Positions 38,226 to 51,300 of a DNA stretch of 64,000 bases are shown piece after piece; within the stretch, counting starts at the first letter, position 1; the number at the start of each line of letters is the position of its first letter. Location of the stretch: NCBI RefSeq assembly GCF_035594765.1, contig NC_085843.1, positions 243,947,971 through 244,011,970 on the forward strand. Reading direction: 5' to 3'. Below the pieces are notes generated by a model. The model was not told where the DNA came from and searched no databases. It saw nothing but the letters and a program-made list of their open reading frames with translations. The position numbers and the translations under genes were made by a program. This stretch comes from Anolis carolinensis. Its lineage: Eukaryota.

Positions 38226-40299
38226 AAATAGAAAAACAATACCTGGAATTCTGTATCAGCAATTTAGTTAAGTATGCTTAACTTTCCCCCACCAATCTCC
38301 CCAAATCTGACGGAAACCTCATTGGAAACCTCATCTGATGGAAACCTGATGGAAACTTGGTGGTCCAAATGCCAGCGGAATTTACCTTCTGCTCCCTATG
38401 CAGTCAACATATTTAAAATAAGGCAAATAAAATGACATTCTTTCACATTTACCTAAGACACTCACATTAGCATTACTATGGCTACAATGCAAGGTGACCT
38501 CAACTTATTGCTGTAATACTGGTCTCTGACATCTATATATTTATTTTTATACACAGCTATCTAGTACTTACTGGTCTGATCTTACAGTCATGTATGGACA
38601 ACATATTTAATTCCTTCTGGATGGATGTCTTCATAGATTCATCTGTAAGGAAGTATTTTCAAAGTTGCAAGTATATTGATGACTTCATCATCTCTCGAAA
38701 AAAAATATACATTGGGAGTTGCAAGGAAATGACCCAGCAAACATTAACATCCCACCAAAAAAAATGAAGGGCTTTTTCATGGGATAGGGCAGCCAACATG
38801 ATCTTTTTAGTTCATTAGCATTCCTGTTAATAGATTTGAAAGACTTGGCAGGAGCTACAAACAAGCTGGAGGGATTATGTAAGCTATTTTTGGTCATCTG
38901 AGCATTTTCTCTAAGAGAGGAAAGAAAACTCATGCCAGGCTTCCCAGCTGAATTAGGATGTATGGTCACTTGGGAGGAAGAATTTAGCCTTAAAAATTAT
39001 AATTGAATTCCAAAATTCTGATACCACTTCTGTCTATTTTTGCAGGAATTGGCATATTCCCCCCCCCCCCCCCCATGCATAGTAAACTAATGTGACCTTC
39101 ATAAAAAGTGGTTTTTTTTTCTAAATTCAGAACACAAAAGTGAGGAAAATATAGGGAACAATTCCATGATAAATTAGCATTTGCATTACTTTGAGCATGC
39201 CTATTATATATGACACAAAAGAGTAAATCAAAAGTAACTGTTTATTCCGGTCCTTTTTTTTTGCATAGAGCTTAAAAGTGAAATAAAATCTCAAGGTAAA
39301 AGACTGGTCACTAACACATGTTCAACTGACACTTGTCAATTTTGCACCACTCAGGCATGATCTCTGTGCCTCTTCTTGTCATCTTTGCTGTGTTCCTTGT
39401 CAATTGTATGCAAAAGAATGGGAAGGAAATTGGCAACTGTTACAAAAAGATCAGAAACAGAATGCTGTAATTTGAATGTGTTAGAAAATCTCTGCAATAC
39501 AAGCATTTTGTTATTGTTATTAAGGAGCAATGAAAAACAAAACATTGTGCTTAAAATAACATCAAGATTGTTAAACTGTGCTACATTGTGAGAAATCTTA
39601 CTAGTGTAAAATAGGCTATGAATTACACTAACTTTAGCAAGAGAATAAAGTGGAACCAGCATGGTGTCGTTGTTTGAGAGTTGTTATGGGACTCTGGGAT
39701 GGAAAATCACTGGATGACCTTGAGTAAATTATGCTGTCCTCACCTAAGAGGAAGGCAATGACAAATTGCCAAGACTTTCTATGATAGGATCACCAAAGGT
39801 TGGAGTTAATGTGAAGAGACGTGACAATAACAGATTATGTTAAAGTAGTGTGCAAACTTTAGGCTTTTTAAAAAGATCTGCTGGAACCAGAATGATCATG
39901 AATAGGCTCTTTTGAGTAGTGAGCAAATGGTAGGGTAATGACAGATTTGTAAAAATATAGGAGAGGGGCAACTTCTCCCAGAAACACACAACAAGCGCAA
40001 TCAGAGGTCACACTAGTAGAAGGAATCTGGAAATTCAAACCAAAAAGCAGCTATCCGTGACTTTGGAAGTGGCTGGGAGCTACACAGAGATACAATTCAT
40101 CTAATCTAACTCATCATCTCAAGATAGAATATGCATACCTAAAATATTCTAGTCAGATTTCTTTTTAGTTTATTTTTACTTGAGAAAGCAGAAATGTGCA
40201 GAATGGGGAAATAGTGGGATCCCCAAGGTACTGTACTCTGAGGGGTGATTTTTCCCTTCATTTGTTCATAAGTGATCTAGAATAATAGGTGAGAAGTAA

Positions 40300-40505
40300 A
40301 GAAAGCAGATCCCACCTGATCTTGGAGGCTAAACAGGATCAGCCCTATTTGGCACTTGGATGAGAAACCGCCAATGAATGCCAGATGCTGCAGGCTATAT
40401 TTCAGAGGAAAAAGTGGGCAAAATTAATTCCAAATATTTCTTGCCTACAAAAAAAAATCCCTATGAAAATCATAAGTCAACAGGCAACCTGAAGGCACAC
40501 ACACA
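40300..40505 (+). mobile_element. 5S rRNA-derived SINE
   Basis: 'gatcccacctgatcttggaggctaaacaggatcagccctatttggcacttggatgagaaaccgcc...tgctgcaggct' tracks 5S rRNA, then continues into a SINE body with a (CA)n tail. Confidence 0.8.
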
Positions 40506-41117
40506 CAGCATGATAGCTGTATTTGCTAATGATTTTGTTGCTAAAAATGAGAAGAAAGAACACAAATTAATTTCTTCAAATGGAATGCATAGGCAATACA
40601 TTGACAGTTGTGTTTCACATAAGCAAGTGCAATGTAATGTGTATTGATATGAAGTATGGCAATCCTGACAATATACATACTGATAATGGGCTCTAAGCTA
40701 GCAATGAATGATTAGCCAAGAAGGAAATTTAAGGCCATGTTGGGCAGATTGATCAGAAAGCCCAAAGAATTTGAGCAGCTATAAAACAGGAATATTCCAT
40801 TTGGGAATCATTAGGAAAGGAATAAAAAACAAAACCGCTATATTATTTTCCCTTGATACAAATCTAGATTAAAATCACACTTAGAATACTGTACATTGTT
40901 TAGGTCACCACAATGGAAAAAGAAAAAGAAAATGGCCACTAAAATGATAAATAGTTTGAAGCAACTCCCTTTTGAGGAAAGCTTACAATACTTTCAGACT
41001 TAAAAGTTGAAAGCAGAGAGCAAGTCACACATAAATCCTTATTTTATGGAGTAGGGAGTTAGGGAAACCTTGTTGTAAGCCCCTTTGGTTCTCATGCGAG
41101 GAGGAAGGTGGGATAAA

Positions 41118-41605
41118 GTTGGTGCCTTTGTATTCTGCTTTGATTAGACCTCACCTGGAACACTGTGTCCAATTCTGGGCACCACAGTTCAAAAGAGATA
41201 TTGACAAGCTGGAAGGTGTCCAGGGGAGCGCAACTAAAATGATCAAAGTTCTAAAGATCATGTCCTATGAGGAGCATCTTAAAGAACTGGGCATGTTTAG
41301 CCTGCAGAAGAGAAGATTGAGAGGAGACGTGATAGCCACGTATTAATATGTGATACCTTGAAACTAGGACTGGGGCAATGGGTTCAAATTACAGAAAAGG
41401 AGATTCCACCTGATCATTAGGAAGAACTTCCTGATCGTATGAGCTGTTCAACAGTAGAACTCTCTGCCTTGGGGTGCTGTGGGAGCTCCTTCTTTGGAAA
41501 CTTTTAAACAATGGCCATCTATCAAAGATACTTTGTGCTTTTCTTGTATGGCAGGGGGTTTGAGTAGATGCCCATGTGGTCTCTTCCAACTCTATGATTC
41601 TATAT
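41118..41605 (+). mobile_element. CR1 LINE 3' fragment
   Basis: '[34 protein letters not shown]...[14 protein letters not shown]' is CR1 ORF2; CR1 tail present. Confidence 0.9.
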
Positions 41606-43530
41606 TAACTTAGAAAAAAGAGCATAAGTGGGATCTGTTAAAGCTGGATAAAGTTAAGCATAGAAGAGAAAAAATATATAGAGAAATATATTTCTTCCTC
41701 ATTTAGTAAAAATTAAGGGTGGGATGTCGAGTAGATAAAAGGAAGTCCTTAGTTACACTAGGGAATTGACTACAATTTGATGTATTGCCTGGTCCCTAGT
41801 TGAAGGACTTTAAAAAGGGAATAAATGCTGTATGTTCAAGCAGTGACAGCAGGTGGTTCTGCACGACTGGAGCAACAAATCCATTCTGAATCTTAGTACT
41901 GCTCTTGCTGTAGGGGCTTCAAATTGAATGGAAGTTCTGCCTCTGAAGGGGAAAAAATTCAGCAGTGGCAGAGCTCCTGTTAAATTTTGGAGCAGCTGCA
42001 GGAAGAATGACAGTAAAACATATATTTTCCAGCCCTGCATGGTAGAGAAGATTATAGTTACTAGTCATGATGACTCTATAGAACCTCCAGGATTAGAAGC
42101 AGTATGCAGGGAGACACAAGTAGGGGCCCTTTCACACAGCCATATCACCCAGAATATCAAGGTAGAATAACCCACAATATCTGCTTTAATCTGGGTTATC
42201 TGAGTTCACACTGCCAGATATTCCAGTTCAAAGCAGATGATGAGGGGTTTTATTCAGTTGTGTGGAAGGGGCCTTGGAAAATGTGTTGAATTCAGGTACT
42301 GCGTCTGGACCTCCCAGAGGCTTTTGGTTGACTGCTGTGTGAACAGAATGCTGGATTACATAGGCTTTTAGTCTTATGTTCTCTTGAATGTCTCTAATGA
42401 AAGAGATTTAATCACTTCTCGGGGAACTAATTCTGTTACTAGTTCCTTGTGATAGTATGTACTGGGCAAAGAACAGTTGCTGATGCAAACTGAACCACAA
42501 CCAGAAAAATCACTCTCACTTTGGTTTTGTATTTTAAACCTCTCTGTAAGTGACAGAGATAAAAAGCAGCAGCACCACAGTTGGTGCGCGTAGAGTAAAT
42601 GCTGTTATTTAGGGTCCATAATTTTCCTTCCTTTCATTGTTCTTCCTCAGCTTGCTGAAGCTGACTTTGTGCAAAGCTGTTTCACAATGACTTCCCTAAC
42701 ACAATTTATCTCCCATATTTCAAGCTGTGGGCTTTACCTTGCCAATGAAATCTATAATCTGTATATATGGATGCTTCTGTTCTTCTCCTCCCCTACAGTG
42801 AGCGGGTGTCTAAGTTATCTGCAACACCTGCAAAATTACTACTCAATACATCATTTCCCCAAGTTACTATTGTAAGAGAGATTTGTTTAAATAATGTCTG
42901 TATCGGTGTAAAACAGGCATGGGAATTGTGTGATCCTCCACTTGTTCTTGGACTTCTGACAGTAGAGCTATAATTCTTCAATAATGTTCTCAAAGGGAAG
43001 TAATTGTTACAGTTTTTTCTACTATAGGGAAATCTTTCAAAACTGCAGTTTCTGAAGATTACTCATAGTTTTGGACAGAAGTATTACTTTCTGTGCAAAA
43101 AAAGGTGTTCCCTGTGCAGAAAATTCTGTTTAATGTGCCAAGAAATGCACATTTTTTCATCCAAATAAGTTCTGCACTGTGAAGATTCTTATCAGTCCAG
43201 TTCTTCCATCTATAAGGGCCCTTCCACACAGCCATATAACCCAGTGTGATGTCTTGCCTAGCTTTTCCCTCCTTGTTTCATTTCCTGGTTAATTCTCCCT
43301 TTGGTGTGGACTTTTCCATTTGCACTTAGTTTTAGGGGTGGAGCCTCCCCCCCCACCCCCAAGGCTTGGGCGAATTGATTTAGCCCTGCTCCCTCAGAGC
43401 TTATCTGAGAGGTTTTCCCCTCCCTTTTGTCTTTCTGTGTCAGAGTTTCAAAGAAGAAGGCCAGAAATTGTCTGGGTTTCTTGGCCTGGCAATCCAAACA
43501 GGCATTCTATAACAGGTACATACCTTAAAG

Positions 43531-43662
43531 CAGGGGTCCTCAAACTTTTTAAGCCGAGGGCTGGTCCACAATCCTTCAGACTGTTGAGGGGCCGGATTAT
43601 CATTTTAAAAAAATACAAACAAATTCCGATGCACACTGCATATGTCTTATTTGTAGTGTAAA

Positions 43663-43693
<31 letters not shown>

Positions 43694-44283
43694 AAAGAAC
43701 AATACAATATTTAAAAATAAAAACAATTTTAACCAACATACATTTATCAGGATTTCAATGGGAAGTGTGGTCCTGCTTCTGGCCAATGAGATAATCAAGT
43801 TAATTAGGGTTGTTGTTGTTGTTGTTGTTGTTGTTGTCGTCGTCGTTGTTGTGTGCCTACAAGTCATTTTAGACTTTGGGTGAGCCTAAGTCTAAAATTT
43901 ATTTATTATTTATTTACTACATTTATTTACTACATTTGTATCACACCCTTCTCACCCCAAAGGGGACTCAGAGTGGCTTACAAATTATATGTACATACAA
44001 TATATTATATTATTAGCATAGCACAATATTAGCATTATATATTACTATATTGAACTATACTACTATACTGTAATATTATTAGTAATATTATATGTAACAT
44101 GGAATATATAATTAATATTATTATATGGTATTATTATTGGTATTATATTGTATTACATTATAATATTATTATCAATATTATATGTATATATAATATATTA
44201 TATTATAAAACTGAGGGTGGGGGCCAGGTAAATGACCTCAGAGGGCCACATCCGGCCCCCGGGCCTTAGTTTGGGGACCCCTG
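43531..44283. mobile_element. non-autonomous hAT (Charlie/OC1-like TIR CAGGGGTCC(T/C)CAAAC)
   Basis: TIRs; 8-bp TSD CCTTAAAG. Confidence 0.9.
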
Positions 44284-44456
44284 CCTTAAAGCCTAGAGTA
44301 TATACCAATAGCCATGTACTTTACCTCATAGATATTATAGCTAGTACTTACCATTATAGCCAAGTATATGCCATATCGTTTATAAAGCCTAGAGTACATA
44401 CCATATAGCATGTACTTTATCTAATAGAGATTAAAGCCAGTACATATCATATAGAG

Positions 44457-44520
44457 CAGGGGTCCCCAAACCTTTTAAACAGGGGGCCAGTTCACAGTCC
44501 CTCAGATTGTTGGAGGCCCG

Positions 44521-44595
<75 letters not shown>

Positions 44596-44911
44596 GTAGA
44601 GTCTCACTTATCCAAGCTAAACAGGCCGGCAGAAGCTTGGATAAGCGAATATCTTGGATAATAAGGAGGGATTAAGGAAAAGCCTATTAAACATCAAATT
44701 AGGTTATGATTTTACAAATTAAGCATCAAAACATCATGTTATACAACAAATTTGACAGAAAAAGTAGTTCAATACGCAGTAATGTTATGCTGTAATTACT
44801 GTGTTTACGAATTTAGCACCAAAATATCACGATATATTGAAAACACTGACTATAAAAATGGCTTGGATAATCCAGAAACTTGGATAAGCGAGGCTTGGAT
44901 AAGTGAGATTC

Positions 44912-44969
<58 letters not shown>

Positions 44970-45350
44970 ATGTATATATATATATATAAACTATGAACAA
45001 ATTCCTATGCAATACACACTGCATATCTTATTTTGAAGTAAAAAAAACCAAAACAGGAATAAATACAGCCTCAATGTTAATCATAATCATAATAAACATA
45101 ATAAAGAGGGTTGGAAGAGACCCCTTGGGCCATTTAGTCCAACCTCCTTCTACCTTTGTGCACCAAAAACACTAGAAAAGCACCCCTTAATAATTAATCA
45201 TTGATTAAATAATAATTAAAATACCATTATAAACAAGCAAAGCTTTGGAAGGCATGCATCAGGTGAGGAAGGAGACGGGAAAGGTGGGCGCGCACCTTCC
45301 TCGGCGGAGGCTTTGATGGCCCGCATGTGGCCTTAGTTTGGGGACCCCTG
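44457..45350. mobile_element. non-autonomous hAT of the same superfamily, with a nested Tc1 MITE
   Basis: TIR caggggtccccaaac...gtttggggacccctg; flanks ATATAGAG and GCCTAGAG match only partly. Confidence 0.85.
44594..44916. mobile_element. Tc1/mariner MITE (TIR CAGTAGAGTCTCACTTATCCAA)
   Basis: 22-bp TIRs; TA site; flanked by microsatellites. Confidence 0.9.
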
Positions 45351-45371
45351 GCCTAGAGGATATACCATATA

Positions 45372-45691
45372 CAGTAGAGTCTCACTTATCCAACACTCGC
45401 TTATCCAACGTTCTGGATTATCCAACGCATTTTTGTAGTCAATGTTTTCAATACATCATTATATTTTGGTGCTAAATTCGTAAATACAGTAAATACTACA
45501 TACCATTACTGCATATTGAACTACTTTTTCTGTCAAATTGGTTGTATAACATGTTTTGGTGCTTAATTTGTAAAATCATAACCTAATTTGATGTTTAATA
45601 GGCTTTTCCTTAATGCCTCCTTATTATCCAACATATTTGCTTATCCAACATTCTGCCGGCCTGTTTATGTTGGATAAGTGAGACTCTACTG
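45372..45691. mobile_element. Tc1/mariner MITE, same family, opposite orientation
   Basis: TIR cagtagagtctcacttatccaac...gttggataagtgagactctactg. Confidence 0.9.
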
Positions 45692-46840
45692 TCGCTATTA
45701 AAGCTTAGAGTATTTTACCATTATAGTTTATACCTATAGTCTAGTACTATACCATATAGTCATTATAGCTTGCATTTACCATCAGCAAAGCCTAGTGTAC
45801 TTTACCAACATAGCTTACATTATTTTACCCTTTAGTTATTATAATTTGTACCTATCCAAATAGTTATTATAGCCAGTACTTTACCACTATAGCCTGCATT
45901 TTCCATCAAAATAGTATCTTATCGCTATAGTTTGGAGTATTTTACCTCAACCATTATAGTATAATGTACTTCATTATAGTTTTGTACTTGGCCATCTTGA
46001 TTCTATATTGTATTAATAACCAAGTGACTTATCACAATTATATTCAAGTATTTTACCTCATTCTATACAAATATAGTCAAGTGTTTATTTTCAGTGTAAC
46101 TAAATTCAATCAACAAACCTCATCTCTGTTATATATTATTTTGATTCACCTTTCAAGAATCCTGACTGAGGTTAACTTTGCCTTTGTCTCAGTAAACTTA
46201 TTTGGTTAACTTTATCCAGTCTCAAGAGTCTTTATTTTAAGAACTGAAGTACATAAGAGGGTATACCGATAGCCACCGGGTAGCCAGACATATAGTTTTC
46301 CTCCCCCCCCCCCCCCGAGTGTGCCATCACACCCAGAATATCAAGGCAAATAATCCACAATATCTTCTTTGAACTGGGTTATCTGAGAACTGGGTTATCT
46401 AACCTGCGAAACATGCACATCCCTTATCAAACATAGCCCTCCATATTCTACCTTATGCTGAACACTATTTGTGATTGTGGCTTATGAGTATATAACTTAC
46501 CAAGTCTACAAATTGTTCCTCACTTGTTTATTTGCTTGACATATGAGCCATGTGGCTATTAATATCGGGTAAGAAATCAAGCAACACCTTGTACAGGTGT
46601 AAACCATTATATGCAGCTAAACTGCATTATATTAATATAATGCCATTTAGCTGCCTTGAACTGCCTCATATGAGTATACACTGATCATATAATGCAGTTT
46701 CAGACTGCATTATATGGCAGTGGAGATGGGGCCTCAGATGTGCACACTTTTAAATGGCTACTGGTACTGTGAATTGCATCCAATTTTGGTTAAGATAACA
46801 AATGTTACAGCCATTTAAAATTTTCCACTGAAAGTGAATA

Positions 46841-47166
46841 AAAGCTAAAGGTTTTCCCCTGATATCAAGTCCATTCGTATCTGACTCTGGGGTGTGGTGC
46901 TAATCTCCATTTCTAAGCCTAAGAGCCAGCATTGTCTGTAGTCTGCTCCAAGGTCATGTGGCCGGCATGTCTGCATGGAGCTCTGTTACTTTCCTGCCGG
47001 AGCAGTACCTATTGATCTACTCACATTTGCATGTTTTTGAACATGTTAGCTTGGCAGAAGCTGGGGCTAACAGCGGGAGCTCACCCTTCTCCCCAGATCC
47101 GAACCACTGACCTTTTAGTCAACAAGTTCAGCAGCTCAGCGGTTTAACCCACTGTGCCACCAGGGA
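46841..47166 (-). mobile_element. Sauria SINE
   Basis: Homology to the other copies. Confidence 0.9.
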
Positions 47167-48390
47167 GTGAGTGGGAAATATAAATCTTTAGATTTCTGAG
47201 TTCCAATTTAGGCTTATAGCCAGAGTTGAAACTTTCTCAAAATTGGCCATAGCCAGAGATCAATTTTCTGAAGTGCTAAGCAGTCTGTACCCAATCTCGT
47301 AGTCAGTGTGCATGCCTCAGAGATTTATGAAATGTACCTATATGAGCAAAATGTTGAAACTGAGTAGATGATTAGGTTTCGACTGGCATTTGAAGTCTGA
47401 CACAGCCCTTTTAAATTAGTGGGCTTCTTTCTAGGGGGCATGTGGAAACCTATATTTAGAAGGCACATGGCCACGTTCACCTCTGAGAGAAACATCTGAC
47501 ACTTTGCTGGAGTCCTGTGAGATTATGGGGAAGGCAAATTGAAGACCAAGTGCCATTTTAAAGCAGGGTTGTACCTTTGCATGAAAACAGCAGTGCTCAC
47601 TCTCTGACAAAAATGATTATTATGTTGACAGACTCATTCCAGGGACTCTTATTTGAGGTCAGGAAATGCTATGATACAAACACTGAGATTAGAAGACTCA
47701 GATGCACCTGATCTTATGTGTGTAATTATTAGTTCAAGTTTAGAACTTGTGTTAAACCCAGTAACCCTATCCCTGTTTCCCTACCTAGTAGGCTTGCTCA
47801 AATAATTCGTTTTCCCCGTTTACCGTTATTGATTCGTTATTTTCGTTTGTTTTGAAGCAATATCGAACCTTGGTTGTCCACACGCCTGGATATCGCGGTT
47901 TCGAACCGCGATTGGCCGTTTTCCGTAATGGCGCCTTTTTTTTCGTTTTTAAAAAATGCTTTGGCAAATCATCCAAACTTGTTTAAGTCCACTGGGGCAA
48001 TCTAGCGTGTTGTTTGCACCTTGTAGCCAATCAGAGAGCACGTTTAACCAGGGGGAGGGGCTGGTAGGACGTCCTGAGCGTGCACACGCCTCGTGGCTCA
48101 GTCGCACTGGGAATTTTGGAGAGGGTGGAAGGGAGATTTTGGTGCAGGCACTGGCAGGCAGGAAAGATTGCTGCGTCACAGCATGGCTGTGTGAAGACCG
48201 GGAGAAAAGGTGGGGTGGCTGGCTGAGTTTGGGTGGTGTGTGTTAGTTGGGTCTTTCTTTTTCTTTTGTTTTTGCAAAGGGCTGTCCTGTGGGTGTTTTT
48301 TTCCTGGCGCCATTTTTCTTCTTGCGGGCGGGGTGGGCTTTCTCCTTTCTTTTTTCCACGCAAAAGTGTTTTTTGGAAACAAGGGATCCG

Positions 48391-51300
48391 AGCCAGGGAC
48401 GCTTCCTGATAATCCTAAGCCAAGTTTGGGAAAGAGTTGCATATCCCATACTTCCCTGTACAAAATACAACTCCTTTTGGGGAGAGAAGAGGGGGTGCCT
48501 TTGTCCCTTCCCCAGTCTCAAACACAAGCGGGGCTGCTTGTGTCTCAGCCAGGGACGCTTTCTGATAATCCTAAGCCAAGTTTGGGAAAGAGTTGCATAT
48601 CCCATACTTCCCTGTACAAAATACAACTCCTTTTGGGGAAAGAAGGGGGTGCCTTTGTCCCTTCCCCAGTCTCAAACACAAGCGGGGCTGCTTGTGTCTC
48701 AGCCGGGGACGCTTCCTGATAATCCTAAGCCAAGTTTGGGAAAGAGTTGCATATCCCATACTTCCCTGTACAAAATACAACTCCTTTTGGGGAAAGAAGG
48801 GGGTGCCTTTGTCCCTTCCTCAGTCTCAAACACAAGCGGGGCTGCTTGTGTCTCAGCCAGGAATGCTTCCTGATAATCCTAAGCCAAGTTTGGGAAAGAG
48901 TTGCATATCCCATACTTCCCTGTACAAAATATAACTCCTTTTGGGGAAAGAAGGGGGTGCCTTTGTCCCTTCCCCAGTCTCAAACACAAGCGGGGCTGCT
49001 TGTGTCTCAGCCGGGGACGCTTCCTGATAATCCTAAGCCAAGTTTGGGAAAGAGTTGCATATCCCATACTTCCCTGTACAAAATACAACTCCTTTTGGGG
49101 AAAGAAGGGGGTGCCTTTGTCCCTTCCCCAGTCTCAAACACAAGCGGGGCTGCTTGTGTCTCAGCCGGGGACGCTTTCTGATAATCCTAAGCCAAGTTTG
49201 GGAAAGAGTTGCATATCCCATACTTCCCTGTACAAAATACAACTCCTTTTGGGGAAAGAAGGGGGGGTGCCTTTGTCCCTTCCCCAGTCTCAAACACAAG
49301 CGGGGCTGCTTGTGTCTCAGCCGGGGACGCTCCCTGATAATCCTAAGCCAAGTTTGGGAAAGAGTTGCATATCCCATACTTCCCTGTACAAAATACAACT
49401 CCTTTTGGGGAAAGAAGGGGGTGCCTTTGTCCCTTCCCCAGTCTCAAACACAAGCGGGGCTGCTTGTGTCTCAGCCAGGGATGCTTCCTGATAATCCTAA
49501 GCCAAGTTTGGGAAAGAGTTGCATATCCCATACTTCCCTGTACAAAATACAACTCCTTTTGGGGAAAGAAGGGGGTGCCTTTGTCCCTTCCCCAGTCTCA
49601 AACACAAGCGGGGCTGCTTGTGTCTCAGCCAGGGACGCTTCCTGATAATCCTAAGCCAAGTTTGGGAAAGAGTTGCATATCCCATACTTCCCTGTACAAA
49701 ATACAACTCCTTTTGGGGAAAGAAGGGGGTGCCTTTGTCCCTTCCCCAGTCTCAAACACAAGCGGGGCTGCTTGTGTCTCAGCCAGGGACGCTTCCTGAT
49801 AATCCTAAGCCAAGTTTGGGAAAGAGTTGCATATCCCATACTTCCCTGTACAAAATACAACTCCTTTTGGGGAAAGAAGGGGGTGCCTTTGTCCCTTCCC
49901 CAGTCTCAAACACAAGCGGGGCTGCTTGTGTCTCAGCCGGGGACGCTTCCTGATAATCCTAAGCCAAGTTTGGGAAAGAGTTGCATATCCCATACTTCCC
50001 TGTACAAAATACAACTCCTTTTGGGGAAAGAAGGGGGTGCCTTTGTCCCTTCCCCAGTCTCAAACACAAGCGGGGCTGCTTGTGTCTCAGCCAGGGACGC
50101 TTCCTGATAATCCTAAGCCAAGTTTGGGAAAGAGTTGCATATCCCATACTTCCCTGTACAAAATACAACTCCTTTTGGGGAAAGAAGGGGGTGCCTTTGT
50201 CCCTTCCCCAGTCTCAAACACAAGCGGGGCTGCTTGTGTCTCAGCCGGGGACGCTTCCTGATAATCCTAAGCCAAGTTTGGGAAAGAGTTGCATATCCCA
50301 TACTTCCCTGTACAAAATACAACTCTTTTTGGGGAAAGAAGGGGGTGCCTTTGTCCCTTCCCCAGTCTCAAACACAAGCGGGGCTGCTTGTGTCTCAGCC
50401 AGGGACGCTTCCTGATAATCCTAAGCCAAGTTTGGGAAAGAGTTGCATATCCCATACTTCCCTGTACAAAATACAACTCCTTTTGGGGAAAGAAGGGGGT
50501 GCCTTTGTCCCTTCCCCAGTCTCAAACACAAGCGGGGCTGCTTGTGTCTCAGCCGGGGACGCTTTCTGATAATCCTAAGCCAAGTTTGGGAAAGAGTTGC
50601 ATATCCCATACTTCCCTGTACAAAATACAACTCCTTTTGGGGAAAGAAGGGGGTGCCTTTGTCCCTTCCCCAGTCTCAAACACAAGCGGGGCTGCTTGTG
50701 TCTCAGCCGGGGACGCTTCCTGATAATCCTAAGCCAAGTTTGGGAAAGAGTTGCATATCCCATACTTCCCTGTACAAAATACAACTCCTTTTGGGGAAAG
50801 AAGGGGGTGCCTTTGTCCCTTCCCCAGTCTCAAACACAAGCGGGGCTGCTTGTGTCTCAGCCAGGGACGCTTCCTGATAATCCTAAGCCAAGTTTGGGAA
50901 AGAGTTGCATATCCCATACTTCCCTGTACAAAATACAACTCCTTTTGGGGAAAGAAGGGGGTGCCTTTGTCCCTTCCCCAGTCTCAAACACAAGCGGGGC
51001 TGCTTGTGTCTCAGCCAGGGACGCTTCCTGATAATCCTAAGCCAAGTTTGGGAAAGAGTTGCATATCCCATACTTCCCTGTACAAAATACAACTCCTTTT
51101 GGGGAAAGAAGGGGGTGCCTTTGTCCCTTCCCCAGTCTCAAACACAAGCGGGGCTGCTTGTGTCTCAGCCGGGGACGCTTCCTGATAATCCTAAGCCAAG
51201 TTTGGGAAAGAGTTGCATATCCCATACTTCCCTGTACAAAATACAACTCCTTTTGGGGAAAGAAGGGGGTGCCTTTGTCCCTTCCCCAGTCTCAAACACA

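Larger units (their letters stand above)
43245..46331. mobile_element. LTR-like element (about 1.1 kb after removing nested TEs) inserted in a Harbinger MITE
   Basis: TGTGATG...CATCACA ends; TSD CCCAG (43240-43244 and 46332-46336); the MITE sequence resumes after the TSD. Confidence 0.8.

Noticed and set aside
40300-40400. 5S rRNA gene
   Set aside because: Diverged, lacks the 5' end and continues into a SINE body and tail
42620-42990. Two polypyrimidine-AG acceptor-like sites followed by short ORFs
   Set aside because: No convincing donor and no recognisable protein; cannot be supported without transcript data
47790-48350. CpG island or host promoter (CCAAT boxes, GC-rich)
   Set aside because: It lies wholly inside the TSD-bounded hAT element; the CpGs are subterminal repeats of a young insertion
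48405-48480. Hammerhead ribozyme core in each monomer (CTGATAA...GAAA with flanking stems)
   Set aside because: Core is CUGAUAA rather than CUGANGA (G8 missing), there is no U16.1-H17 after the putative stem III, and no stem I closes adjacently; an Infernal search with Rfam hammerhead models would settle it
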